64,000 nucleotides of DNA from Phoronis australis (taxonomy: Eukaryota > Animalia > Phoronida). The DNA is taken from assembly GCA_002633005.1 (NCBI GenBank), contig NMRA01000002.1, positions 197,467 to 261,466 of the forward strand. The letters run 5' to 3'. The translations under genes and the position numbers were made by a program. Below the pieces are notes generated by a model that was not told the DNA's origin, did no database searches, and worked only from the letters and a program-made list of their open reading frames with translations. Positions 50,617 to 64,000 of this stretch are shown piece after piece (position 1 is the stretch's first letter; each line of letters opens with the position of its first letter).

Positions 50617-52564
50617 GTTTAACTTAGTTTTCGTGTTGCAAAACCATAATGGGTTCATATGTTGCAGACGTGAAGCCTTCGCAGGACGCCATCTTGGAAA
50701 TCTAAGCGAACATGCTCTCAAGGTTGTTTGCGAGCGCTAACGTAAACACAGTTGTTCAGGACGAGGGCACTCAAATTGCTCGCAGGCACTCACTCTATTG
50801 AACACGCTTCTGGTAGTTCTGCTCGTCACATAGACTGACCATCACCTCTAGGCTCTAGGTGGCAGTAGAGACGGTGAAGCTCCTGTACCTATTGGCAGTT
50901 CATATGCTGGAAGCTTTTCATCGAATTATGGCATGCCTCACACTGATTCAAACATCAAAGTCACATTGCTGTAAGTACCTTATGCGCATAGAGGAACACC
51001 TTACTCTCGAGTTCCAAATAGTTGTAGAGACAGCAATAATAGTATAGACCGGAAATTTTCAAGATTTCTAAAGATTTATAAACGTAAAAGACCCAAAGAC
51101 CGCAAAAAGAGTCTGAAATAAATAATCGTATATTCGGAACTCAAGAGTAGCCCTATGAGGTCATCAATGTCTTTAATATCCTCCAATTCGAACAAATACT
51201 ACCATAATCAAACTTTTTCTTTGAGCAGTCTTTTGTTTAGTTGCCCAAATTAGCAACTGGCCTTTCTTAACACTCGACTGCATACGCTCCTGGCAGGTGT
51301 GGTAAAAATAGGTGCGCGTGCAGTTTAAAAATAGTTAGTTACCAATTTGGCGGGTAACTGAACGAAGGACTGTGGGAGTATTTGTTTGAGTTGAGAGGAA
51401 TTAAAGACACCAACAGCCTCCTAAGGTGTCTCTTTATGTCTAAAATGTACTTGTAACAACGTGACTGATGTTTTAATCAGTGAGAGGCATAATTTTCCGA
51501 AAAGCTTCCGAAGTATGAAGCATTTATTGGAGCTTCACCATCTTACGTGCCAGCTAGAGACGGTGGTCATTGTCTACTCGTCATCTCGGTATGAAACCTA
51601 TATCAACATGTAGAGGTAACAACCAGTGGGGGTGCATACAAAATCTGGGAGTCAACTGACACTCACCTTGCCCATTGCATCCGTTTAAGTGGAAAACAAT
51701 CTAATAAAGTCTTTTTCTTGCGTTATTCTCCACCTTTTAAATCAAAGAAAAGTCTATCATTCTGTGAAGACAGTACGCTCGTGTCATGCGCATGCGCTAT
51801 TTTCCGAAAATTTTGATGATGACAGCTTTGCAGCAGCAAAATTTGTTCTGAAATTCGGTTTGTTGGTATTAAAATTCTAAAAACTTGCAAAGAAATGAAA
51901 CCACTTCCGATAATTTGATGTGACATGTACGCAACCTTGTGGAGGAGAAAAACAGTTGATTGAAGAATCAGGGCCAATAGGTGATGCAATACTTCATGGC
52001 TCCGAAAGCCGACGCAAAATTTTGTACTACAATTATAGCTGCAGGATAACGATAGAATGCCAATTTCTCCAACACTAGTAAATAATTAAGTTTACTCATT
52101 ATTAAGATTGTTGTTTTTAATGACACTGATTTTGAGTCAGATTTTATTTGGTCATTTTTTTACCCACATCGGTGCAGAGCTGTATAATGGTATTTAGTAT
52201 ACAGCTTTGCACCAAGGGTACCAACCCCATAGCCATATCGGCGATAATCGTAAACTGGTCATATTTTTACATTGGTCACGTCAGAGGATATGATGGCAAT
52301 TGTCTATTGACTGAATGGTTAGTGGGTATGATTATGGGGAGGTCACCGTCTGCGAGCCATGGCGAAGCAGCACAGAGGGGTACCTGTCTAAACACCTTTA
52401 AAATCTATCAAGCAAAAGCTTAGCTCAACCTAACCTCAACATTGCAGTGACTTTACTCTGGCCATGTTGAACGCTGAAAATTCTGTATTTGTTGACTTAC
52501 TCTTCTTCTATTCCTTTTCAGTGGGTTAGAATGGTTCTTGTCAAGGTTTGCTCAAGTCAGTGCT

Positions 52565-52581
52565 ATGAAGGCTAAAACTCG
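52565..52581 (+). CDS. Probable short first coding exon of the GT31-like gene (MKAKTR)
   Basis: Exon bounded by ttccttttcag (52521) and CG|GTAAGC; phase 2 joins in frame to the acceptor at 55838, giving MKAKTRFLIASLYSTAQRYVPMKK... Confidence 0.45.
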
Positions 52582-54869
52582 GTAAGCATCCATGAGGTTT
52601 ATTGCGTTTTTGAGATTTTGCCTTGAAATATTTATATCATATTAAATTTGGAAATGTTATTGATCCTTTTGTTTTATTATAATTGCACCTTTCTTTTTTG
52701 CCGAATTTTCATGAAAAAGCATGACCTAATTAGTGCCAGATTGTTATAAAGTTATAAATTCATTGCTGCGGAATTTCTTCTTTCATAAAATACACACTTT
52801 TGCTGAGTTCTAATAGGTTTATAGATATTTGGCTAAATATGCTGCCTTGTTGATAAAGTCCTACATGTGTAACCTTTATGTGTTCAGTGCGCAAATTCTT
52901 TCCATGTAATAATCTCCAGTTCAATATGGCTCCTGAAATGAATGTCTTTCATTTGTTACTCATTACTGAAGCGTGATTATTAAATGAGCACTTTGTGATC
53001 GAGCAGGTGTTATTGCTGTTGTCTTACGTTTTAAATTTGTCTCATCAGAAGCTCTGCGGATGACCATGAGTCGTTGTAAGTTGTGTTTGCAAGACTTTCC
53101 TGTGTTCTTTGTTGCTATTGAAGATCTAGATAATTGATGTGTATTTCACTAATCTGGATTGCAGTGTGCAACAGTGTTGATATTTTTTGAGAGACATTGG
53201 GTGAGTGTATTTCATTTTCTTAATGACAATTCAGTTAAGTCGAATGCAACAGTAACACTACCAAACTGACTAACACAGGTCAGTAACACAACGACCAGTC
53301 ACTCGGTAAATATACAGGACTCCTATGTAACAATACCATGACGTGATTACCATTTTCCAAATGGTGTTGTTATTTGGTCGTTGAAGCTCTGTCCACTCAC
53401 TCCGATTCAAAATCTTTGAATACCATATAACCCTGCAAATAAGCATATGTGCACCAAAATGCAGAACAATGTGTATTCTTGCATGATTTTCCTTTCGAAT
53501 GCCTCGCATATAGGTTCCATTAGGCACACACTTAATTGTGGTCTATACAATAGAACTTTTTCATAAACAACTTCTTGGAGTGTGTAGGTAGGTGTTACAA
53601 TTCTACGTTTTGAGCTAAAAAGTCATGTACAACATATCGACTTCAATACAACACAACCGATTTTAGTCCTACTTTAGTTCTACATAAAGTCCGTATTTGG
53701 AGATCACAGAACAAATGCTAACCATTATTTACTTGTTCCTCAAGATTTGGTGTGTATGGTGTTGATGGATTGTATGAAGCAACAGTACTACACACTGCGG
53801 TCATCTCTGAATGCCCCCATTCAGTAAAGCCACAACGCTACAAAAATAGCGTCAGTTGTAAATAAAGTTGTTTACAACTTGTCGAAGATTGTAGACAATG
53901 GTCCAAAGGTTGTATAGGAAGACATATTTGAAAAATTGGAGTCAAGGCGCTGTGCTCCTTATAGGCCAACCGCCATGCATTTTTACCTCGTTGATTAAAG
54001 ATGTCAGTGTAAACATGGATGCTCTTGAGACCGAAATCTGAAAAGTGTGGTTGATGTATCTCTTTGTCATGAGATCATGTGTAATCCATCGTGAACAAAA
54101 TCACTCTTTGCTCCGACTGGTGGTTATTTGTGAAATACATGAATATGACAATTAAAAAGGTTATCATTATGTTATTTTCTTATTTGTTTTGGTTAGATAA
54201 AAAACATATCATGCCTTGCCAACTGTGGAAGAATACCAAAACAAGATTGACCTGCGTACTTGATTAGTGAGGTCAGACTGAACTTGTTACTGTAAGAAAA
54301 ATACTTACCATGGATGGATGAACTGTTTTAAGTACCAGTTTTGTTTAAATACCAGTTTTGTTTAAATACCATTCTTAACTGATTTTTAGGCTGGTAAAAA
54401 ACCTGGCAATATCTTTCAACATTCCTGCATAGACCTTCCAACCATGTCACTATCGATACTAATTGTGTGGTAGGCCTCTAATTTGGTACATTGGCAACAA
54501 AAAACATGTCATCTACTGCTTTTTTGACTGAAAAGAGTTTTTTTATTTCTTGGTGTCAGTACTTACCCTTTGAGGTACTCATAAGTTGAAAATAATTTTG
54601 CCTTGCGGGCCCTGTATCTTTGTGGATTGTCATGACATTACTAGTTTGAAGTGCTGTAACTTAGCTTTAGAATAACAGGTGTTTAGTTTTATTATATAGT
54701 TTGTTAAACTAATTAGTGTGTGTGTGTGTGTGTTTGTACACTTTAAGAACAGCTGCTGTTAAAATTGTCTTTTCGTGACGACCAAGTAAACTAGTGAGGT
54801 AATAGATTTCCTGAGGAAAGACTTGTGTAATGACCTGAATTTAGTAGTTTAGACCATGGTGTCAATTTT

Positions 54870-55146
54870 CGTAATGTTTGGTTTACTCAGACAAGTTTAC
54901 TGTGTTAAAAATTACAATGATCATGTGCTTATTTAGGCCCGTAAACATAGGTATGATCATGTGCTTATTTAGGCCCGTAAACATAGGTATTTATCTCTTG
55001 TATTTGTTCGTGTCTTAAACTGGTTGTTTTTAATGTTACATTTTAGTAATGTTTGGTTTACTCAAGTTTACTATTACACTAATCATGTGCTTATTTAGGC
55101 CCATAAATGTAGGCATTTATCTCTTGTATTTGTGCTTGTCTTAAAC
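54870..55146 (+). repeat. Local tandem duplications (about 35-bp and about 175-bp units)
   Basis: atcatgtgcttatttaggccc appears three times; gtaatgtttggtttactca appears twice. Confidence 0.75.
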
Positions 55147-55408
55147 CATAGGCAGCGCACTGAAGAAAGCCCCCCCCAGCCCCCTATAGTGTGCCGGCCA
55201 TGTAAACTGGTTGTTTCTAATGTTGTTCTGTCCTTTCAGAGTACTTTTTGTTGAATTTGTGACATTGTATTTACCATTTTATAATGGATAGGTCAAGTTT
55301 CATTGTATTGCAGTCTTAAAATTAAAATTTTGGTTTTACTCAATTGTTATGTGTTCCTAATTCTGGATGTTGGGACAGCTTCACAAATGAGTGCCTTGGA
55401 CAAAGGGG

Positions 55409-55520
55409 GGCAGTGCGGTCTAGTGGGATAAGTGTCCACGTCCTTTCCTTAAGGTCCGAGGTTTGAGTCCCACTGGGGCATACTGCTGGACCCTTGGATC
55501 CTCAGCTCGGTTTTAACTAT
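55409..55520 (+). mobile_element. tRNA-derived SINE (same family as 37614-37730)
   Basis: ggcagtgcggtctagt...ggtttgagtccc...actgctggacccttgg.tcctcagctc. Confidence 0.65.
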
Positions 55521-55837
55521 TGCCCCTTTTTTACCCAAAAAAATAATTGCCAAAATTTTTATTTTCTGTTTTTCAAAGGCCGGTTGCTTTTACCGCAAGC
55601 AATGGAAAATTTATGAAATGTTGTTTTACTGTATGACACCTACAGCCCATGCATGGGATACAGGTGTACCATATTTTATTAATTCATGTTGTTGAAAAAT
55701 TTGGTAGAACAGAATTTCACATGTCGGCCATTTTGTATGGTAAATACTTGAAGAATTAGCGAACCTATATAGACCTGTACCATGTGTTCTTGACATGCGC
55801 TATTCCTGTATGGATAACTTTGTTTCTTTCCTTTCAG

Positions 55838-57014
55838 ATTTCTAATTGCCAGCCTGTACAGCACTGCGCAAAGATATGTCCCAATGAAGAAGATTGCACA
55901 TATGTCCAAGACTTTATTATTATTTTTACTCGTAGTCATGTTGCTGACGGTGCTTTCCCGAGCAATGCAAAGCAAGTCTATCCCACAGTCTGAGAGCTGT
56001 CAAGACTGTTTCTCATTTTCTTACAAGTATCGTATCAATGAGAAGCAATTGTGCTTTCAATACGGACCTTTCAGCCCGCAAGTTGTCATTCTAGTCAGTA
56101 GTCGCCCTTCGTCCTTTGATAGTCGCAAAGCAGTTCGTGAAACGTGGTCGAAATCGCTCAGTGCTTATCCAGGTCGTGTTGCTATGGCGTTTGTAATTGG
56201 AGAGGAGCCCAGGTGGAATACAGTAATCAAGAAGGAGTCCTCGAGACATCATGACATAATACAGGGGAATTTTAATTACCAGTCCCGGACGTTGGAAACG
56301 GTTTTCATGTTGAAGTGGATAGCCGAATTTTGCTCAAGTACACCAGTATTTCTGCTAACTGATGATTCAATTTACATCAATGTACCATTGTTTATGAAAT
56401 ATATTGTTTATCGACAGTCACATGGGTGGGAGCCCGGAAATGGCTTAGTGAGACAGTGTTTTGGCAGTGAAATAACTCGTTCGCAGAAATCTCTGCCTTC
56501 TAGCAAAGGCTCACAAAGTACATATTGTGATAATGGCATTTACATGATGTCAGGTGAACTTGCCAAAGCAATGTATATTTCGTCATCGCAGGTCTCTTTC
56601 GATGATGACGAGGGTACATTCATTTCTGCTGTTATGCAATATCTAAGACTTCCAGTTGAGTCAGAGTCAACATTAGCCTCGTTTTCAGCAAGTTTTGACG
56701 ATGATACCATCAAAGTTTTGCCACCTCATTTCTTCTGCCGTTGCTCAATGTTCGTGAAGAATCTCCCAACAAGACAGTTCAGAGAAGTGTACAGGACTCA
56801 GGTGGAGTTGGATTGCAGCACATTTAGTCCTACCTACAGTAGCTATTATCCAGCTTGTTTCCCTTTGTATGTTTACAAACATTTTCTATTTTATACCGTT
56901 TTGTTAGTCATTATAACAGCAGTTTTAACAGTTTTTGTTAGACAATTTTTGTTCAAGCATCTTAGACAACTTAGGGTGTTAAGTCTAAGAAATGTACATT
57001 ATCTTATTAAGTAA
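55838..57014 (+). CDS. Divergent GT31 family (beta-1,3-galactosyltransferase-like) protein, main exon
   Basis: N-terminal signal-anchor, then ILVSSRP..FDSRKAVRETW, AFVIG, ESSRHHDIIQGNF, LKWIAEFC, TDDSIYIN, YCDNGIY in the order of GT31 motifs; open for 376 aa from the ATG at 55884; cctttcag acceptor at 55837. Confidence 0.85.
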
Positions 57015-58155
57015 GACGTCTTTCTAACAGGTTCACGGTAATGTAAAGTAATATTCTGTTAGATTATACAGTACTGGCCATTGAACTTGCGCTATTGTTA
57101 AACTTATTTTCCTTTCTTTTGGCAGTCCAAAACAACAAAATCAAAACTAACTGTATTAACAAGTCCAAAAAATGGTTTTCAAAAAATCCTTGAATCTCAC
57201 TGATTTAGGACACAATGTGACGGGCTATTGAACTTATTTCTCTTATTTTTCATAAAAAAACATGTGGCCTCAAAATAATTGTTTACCATGTTCAACTTCT
57301 GTACTATTTACTAACATGCTAGATGGCCTTGAAAAATGAAAAAAGGTAATTTTGGCAATTATTTTCATCCTGAAATTGATGAGATTTTACCATACAAAAC
57401 TTTATTCCGTTTGTGACGAGAATTCACAGAGTTTGCCTGTCAAAAATACTTCAGACAATCATTGAGAAGGCCAGCTCTGTTATGGTGAGACTGTTGTCGT
57501 GGCAACAAATTGTCCTATTTGATAGATCTATTACTTATCATATTTCTTGATTGGGAATTTGAAATGTAAGTTAAGAGGAAATTCTGGAACAATTTTGATG
57601 CAGCCTGGTGTGATAAATGCAACATCTTAGTCATTTGGAGTGGCACCAAAAAGCATAGATAGGCTTTTTTGTTGGCTCGGCAGTTTTATTAACTCTGCTT
57701 GATTGTGATAGGGTTGTTTTTTCCCGTTTGGTTACCATGTTGATATCTGCGACACCATGGCTCAGCTTATCATAGCTCAGCATGTCACGATCCACGGTTT
57801 ATTTAATTTCCCAAAACAATACATTATTAATTTTAGAAATGATCCTCACTACGATTTTATTTGAGTACTAAAGGTCTTACCTAAGCAATAATACATGAAG
57901 ATTTCAGTGCCTTTTCCGATGTGGTACCAATTGTGGACACGACCGTTTTCATTTTTCCAAGGCTTCTCATATTGTTGGGAATGCCCAAAATTTCTCAAAT
58001 CATTGTCTGATATAGTAGCTATGATTTAGATCTTAAAAATGATCAAGGTTCTATTTGGTGCTACCAAAGGCGCTCATGAACTATTTTTTTGTTATATTAG
58101 CATTATCCCTTCAAGATGAGAAGGTAGATAGGTAAAATACTTCAAAATGAAGAAC

Positions 58156-58596
58156 CAGTGGCAGGTTGCATGAAACAGTCCGAAATAGGGACTCAACTAA
58201 GGTCCCTAAGTCTGTTTGCGGATTTGTGTCTTTATGAACTCGTAGGTGCAATATTTTTCTATCCTTTCATCGTTATTATCATCAGCTCCTCTTTGATTAA
58301 TGACATTTTCTAATCATATAACTAAAAACTGAATAAAGAGTTCATTGAAAATAAATAGAGACTCAGTCCTTAAATTGGTGGTATTGCATGAAAAGGTCCC
58401 TAATTATTTTAGATAATATTGGCAATTCAACATAGAGTTCACTCTCGCTTTGTGGTCAAAAGTTGACCTAGTAATGAAACTAAAACAATACAAGAAAGGG
58501 CAATCGATGTTTTCACAAGTCCAAAAAATATACAGTAGATTTATAGGGAACTTAGTTGAGTCCCTATTTGGGACTGTTTCATGCAACCGCGCACTG
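58156..58596. mobile_element. About 440-bp MITE with long TIRs
   Basis: About 50-bp inverted repeats cagtg..ggttgcatgaaacagtcc.aaatagggactcaactaag.tcccta. Confidence 0.8.
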
Positions 58597-61500
58597 CTCT
58601 CCAGCAATTATGTACTGGAAGCTCTTTCCAAGAAAATAGATCACATCTGTTTTGACGAAAGTGTTTCAGGAGTATGCACAAAACCTTACTAATTGTACCC
58701 CGGGCAAAATGTCTGACACTGACGTGATTGGTTGGTGAGGTTGAAATATTGAAAGTATGGTATAGAATTCTCAGTTTAATAAGTGAGTGTCTTGGGTACA
58801 CTGCAACGCTGCACCGGTCATGTACTGTTTTAATTGTAAAATGGTGTTTTATGGTACTTATAGTGTTTGCCTCATTTTTTGTATTTTTATAAAATTTGTG
58901 CGTTTTGTAAGACTTTTCTTTGTGAATCAAACTATCTTTTGTTGTATAATATATAAAATGGTTTAATTATTAAAAATGTTACATTTCATCTCAGTACTTG
59001 GGTTTCTAAACTTTTAATAACGGAAAGTTGCACAAATTCGCAATGTGGTAACCATGCAGAGTGTCTGCAGTCATGCACATGGGTAACCAGTGTGAGGTCT
59101 CACAAACCTCAGCAGGATATCCACTGGGCAGTTGCAAGTTAGCACGATATGTCAACAGAAGTAGGACAAACATGTGCCTTGTTCGTCAGTTTCGCGGATA
59201 GTATTTGTCTGCAAGTGTCCTCTCTAGGATAAATGATATCTCTTTTGGCTAAGTGCGATGTCAAAAGGTACATTTAACCCGCGCTATGTCCTAAGAAGTC
59301 AACTTTTGATTCAGATCAGTTACTGCTGTAAAACTGGTCGCGACTTGTTCCTTACCCTTGCAAGTTACTGACAGATCGTTATTCCTCGAGACAAGCTTTG
59401 ACAAGCCAACTTCCCAGACGTAGACTTCAGCAACACTGAACCGTCAGATGTTCCAAGCCCCTGAATTCACTTCTTATGAGTAAGGAACAATTTGAGACCA
59501 ATTTAATAACGACAAGTTTGTTTTTATTTTGCGATGGGAGGCAAGTTTGTATCCACGTTATCTGAAATAGAAACTTTTGATTTGATTACCTCTGAAGGAT
59601 TATAGTTTGAAAACTCGTCTGTTATTAGTACAAAAATATTACTGATGTATATGATTGACATCTTTCATATTTTCAAAGATGAACTACATTGCTGAACATG
59701 TTCACATTTTTACCCAAAGTTCCTAAGTCACAGCTGTGTTCTATAAATCATGCTAATGAAGAAGTAAAACTTTCCGAAGTTTTGTTTTCGTTGAAAATTT
59801 TGACAAAGGGAAATTCCTCTATTCCACCATATTTTGAAAAATTTTGTGGTATTGGCCGTAGTTTCATCTCTCGGAATGTCCATTGGTGTAGAAGAGCATG
59901 AAAACATTTTTGATGAATGTGTTTTCGACTAATTATTCTTCATCATACCAGTGTCAGTCTTATGTGTTTTCATTTTGCTGTATTCATTGGATTTTAAAGG
60001 AATGAAGTTTTTGACCATGTCGTTGGGTGGTGTCCGACCAGTGACCAGTGTTTGACCTTCAGCAAATAAATGTGCTGGCTCGCCGGGCCAGTTACATGAA
60101 TATGAGACCACATCCAGATAGGGCCTATATGTTAAAATTTACAGGCCTGGCTGCAAATCCACTAGCCCCGGGCCATCGTGTATTTCAAACGCTGCTAGTG
60201 ACTAGGTAAAGTCTCATTTAATGAAAAGAGATGAATGAAGAAAGTTCAATTTTAGTGCTTTGCTGCCGTCATCATTGAACATAGTAGTGCAAATGCATGA
60301 ACGAGATCTTGCAAGTCAGTCTCCACAGAGCCTACTTGTGGCTCAACAGAGCTCACTTGTGGCTCATTTTGTTGGTGTGGTTGACTGTCATTAAATAGTA
60401 CGTTGTTGTTGTATCACCTTAAATAATAAACTTTATCCACTTATGAATATTGAAGCTTGTTAGGTCATTACGTTTTTTAAATTGGAATTTCATAAATAAT
60501 TGATGACGTCATAATTTTCAGAATCATTTTTAAAACAAAGTAATTCATTTTCCAGCTACTAAATGTTTGATTTGTTTGGGGTGTGCTCCAGAAAAGAATT
60601 TACTTGCACATTAGTAATACCCAAAACTCGAGTGAAAGGTGAGTGTAAACTAGCATAACAGGCACACTGAAGTGATTGGTCTGCGTAGCGATACTGTTGA
60701 ATTCAGGGAGGGGAATGTTTTTTGTTAAATGTAACGTGCCTCTGGTTTACAGGATTTGGGTATTAAACCCAGTAGTGGTCGGTCAAAAATGGGATCATGA
60801 TGATTGAATGATCACTCCAACATCCATTGGAAAATTTAGGAAAACCAGTACACTTACTGCTGTCAGTGGTAAATGGTGGTCGGTGAATATTGTTATGCTC
60901 CTACACTATCGCACATGGATGCAAGCTGCCCCCAAGCCTGGCCTACCCCTAGAATTTCTTTTTGGTATTGCAAATTGGCTACAGCTGCACCCTAACTATT
61001 CAGTGCCACCTTTATGAAGAATAGGTCCTCTTTTTCTTACCAGAATTCTACGAAAACAGATGTTGGCAAGGGGTTCTGGATTTAGAGAACCAGTTTTATA
61101 ACAGTTATTCAGTGGAGAAAACTGTTTATTAAGATACAGTATCCCTGTAAGTGACCCAGCTGTTCTCCCAGTGACGTGGGATACATTTATAACAGCTAAG
61201 ACCTCACCAACGCCAACTAGTCAACTTTGAGATCTGTTTATTTTTTGTAATTCCAGGTATACCACGTACACCCAAGGTTAAAAAACAATTGATGCAATAG
61301 TAACAATTTGAAAAGAAATGAATTTTGGCGGGAATGTTATATGAGACTTGAATGGTGTGAATGTTTTTTTTTGCCCAACCATCCGGAGTCCTGGTGCTTA
61401 ACACAAGACAATGGACTTGATTGATATTTGGATTTAACCCTTTTGAAATCATGTACTGTCGTCTGAAGATGAAACTAAACTGAAGGTTTTCGTAATGAAT

Positions 61501-61869
61501 AACAAATACATATCTGATCAATTACAGAATTTTATTTAATTATGAACGTACAAACCAAGCTTTAAGCTGCATTTCGCCCAGTTTTCTTGGCTAAAAAAAT
61601 TGCATAATTAGGTCTCGTTCTCTATAAATTCCGTTTAATATTCCTTACCATGACAAGATTCTATTTCTTTTTCAACCCCAAAATCAGTGTTCAAGAATTC
61701 AACATTGCCAGCTAAACGGGCGAAATGAATGCAGCTTTAATATACAAAAGTAAGAAAATATTAACACACCGCAATCCAAAAGCCATCTAAAAATATAGTC
61801 CTCAAAAAAATTTTCAAAAAAATCACAACCTGACTTGCTAATATATGGTGCTCATTCCAACTACTCGCA

Positions 61870-62440
61870 GGTTCCCTACGTGCTGCTAGGTGGTCAAAAG
61901 CCAACACGCAGGTATCACGTAATTTTCCTCTGGAAAGTTTTTTACACCGGTGTTTCTGATTGGCTAGTCAAATTGTCAACAGGCAGCGCTTCACGCAAAC
62001 AAACTGGCATGAGCGATGGATTGAAGTGTAAATGTGGTCTGTTGTACAGACAAATCGGTGCTTAAAATTCATGTTCAGGAAATGTGAATCCTAGAAATTG
62101 TGGTTGCGCCTTTTCGGAGTGCATCTTTCTACTGTCAATAACTTTTGTTTACGATACTGTCTTGTATTCATACAGTATGAATAACACACTGGTTAAATCA
62201 GCCACTAAGATATGTGTTTATTGTGCGTGCATGCTTGAAGCATGCAGCTATTAAACATCACTTTAGAAACGAAATACTTGCTGCGACACCACTTGCATGA
62301 CAAGGCTAAGAATCATTCACAGTCCGCCATTTTTTCACGGTGTTGTAAAGCTAACCAATGACTGCTGAGGTTACACTGACCAATGCTAAAGCACGTGGCA
62401 CTGCGTGATACCTGCGTGCTGGCTAGGCAAGTAGGGAACC
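61870..62440. mobile_element. Degenerate MITE-like inverted-repeat element
   Basis: ggttccctac.tgc...agcca.cacgcaggtatcacg at the left end and its reverse complement at about 62403-62440. Confidence 0.55.
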
Positions 62441-63723
62441 ACCCAGACTCCAACTACAGAATAACAATGGAATGTCAGGAACCTGATCATGGCCTGCTCT
62501 TGGAAAACTTGTATGACACCACACATGCAGGGCTCAGTGCCAATGCATGAAAACACCACACAGGGCTCAGTGCCACTGTATTTGATTACGGTATTTCTTC
62601 GCTGACCAGTGTAACTCTTAACTATTGAATTTCTCCATAAAAATAAATACTAAGAACATTTAAGTCAGTTTCAAGCATAATCTGCAGTCAGGGGGTGTCA
62701 AAAACATTCTGTAAAAGTTTACAATATTTCCAGCAATGTAATTGCATTTGAAAAATTACAATTTTGACAATTATGTTTGTGCAAAATACATGTAAAATTA
62801 CCGTAGTCCCTTTAATGTATTTATCTCATCAGAAACCAATTACCCTTTCCAGATAAGCTGAACACAACATAACACTATGTACATGGCTTTCTGATGCTGA
62901 GCGTGTAATGTACAATCGATAACAAGGTGTGCATAACTTGTCATGAAAATTACTAGCATTGTGCTTGGAATGGGAAGGTGATTTCTGTTGATACTACTGA
63001 ATGACAGTGATTGATAACCAGTGGTGACTATAGCCACTTTTACATGAGGAACACTTGTCGTGGCGCAAGTTGTTACGGCGCGAGTTGCTCCACTTCGGTC
63101 GCATTTACACAACATTGATCGCAAACTGGGTCAGCACGGAAGACAGCTATATGAAAGCAGTCCGCACATGATTGGATTAAGTGTGAGAATGTCCAAAGCA
63201 ATGTGATCACCTGTATGTAATCTATTGCACAAGTGCAATAAAAGATCATCCCTTGCTCCTTGCCCCACTTTGTGTTTAGACATGTACTTGACACCGGAGC
63301 AATTGATTGAGTGCAACTGCTCTAACTTTCAAATGAAAAAGCCACCACGTTGTCAATTTGCTCTGTGACGATAGTGTTACACCTACACTTGCACCTAGTC
63401 AGCTGCTCTGTGTCAAGTGTGCCTCGTCTAAATGTGGCTATGATCGTGAGATGATGATCATTTGTGTTGATTTGTGAATGAGCGATGATCAATGGTGACT
63501 GATGTATGATAGAAATTTGCGTTGATTGGTGAATGATATCGATAACTGATGGTGACCAACAAATGCAAGGTAATTGATGTTTATGAGCAGATGTGACTAT
63601 GTGATAAGGCTGATAGCGATTTCTGGTAAGTGGAGACACAGGAGTATGATGATCAGTTGTGACTGCATGACGTGAGAGTGTTGACATGTGAATGATAGTG
63701 ATTGTGGCTGTGGTGACTGATAT

Positions 63724-63870
63724 CAGTGGCGGATTTAGGGGGGAGACAAGGGGGCCACGGCCCCCCCTAAAATTCTCCCAGATACCATTTGGCAGTTCGG
63801 GGTGCGAATTGGTGACTAGCATATGTGCACACCCAGGGGGGCTCGGGGGTGAATGCACAATGCATAGGCC
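63724..63870 (+). mobile_element. End of a non-autonomous DNA transposon (cagtggcggatttagggggg)
   Basis: Same terminal type as family R1 and as the remnants at about 14580-14726 and about 42635. Confidence 0.45.
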
Positions 63871-64000
63871 TTGAACAAACCTCGTTTACGTTTTTTTTTA
63901 GTAATAAGGTCCACAAACCCAAAAATTCAAGACCCATGCATCTCTACATTTTAGGCTGGACGCGCGCATGTGGTGAAATTCTGGTTATTCCTGTGCCCTG

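Noticed and set aside
63322-63858. 178-aa His/Ile/Thr-rich ORF
   Set aside because: Low-complexity (tga/gtga-rich) sequence running across a transposon end; no domain features.

Overview
AT-rich, repeat-laden genomic DNA from a non-vertebrate animal, in a draft assembly (a 960-N gap at 48477-49436, plus single-N joins that flank apparently uncollapsed haplotype duplicates). Three gene loci can be supported. (1) On the minus strand, three widely spaced, mutually divergent first coding exons of an AIG1/ADTRP (FAR-17a) family membrane threonine hydrolase (14850-15002, 6520-6660, 1516-1662). Each has its own ATG, a hydrophobic helix, the K[FY]LT catalytic-Thr motif and a phase-0 GT donor. I found no downstream AIG1 exons between them, which suggests a variable-first-exon/shared-constant-exon locus continuing off the left edge. 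(2) A complete 12-exon schnurri/HIVEP (ZAS) gene on the plus strand (19938-43662, about 2084 aa by my exon sum) with 11 zinc fingers, including an extra C-terminal triplet. (3) A divergent GT31 (beta-1,3-galactosyltransferase-like) gene (52565-57014) with eroded catalytic motifs and a second, C-terminal hydrophobic helix. The rest is MITEs, tRNA-derived SINEs, and fragments of a LINE, a BEL/Pao retrotransposon and a Harbinger transposase. All family assignments come from recalled motifs; no database search was run.
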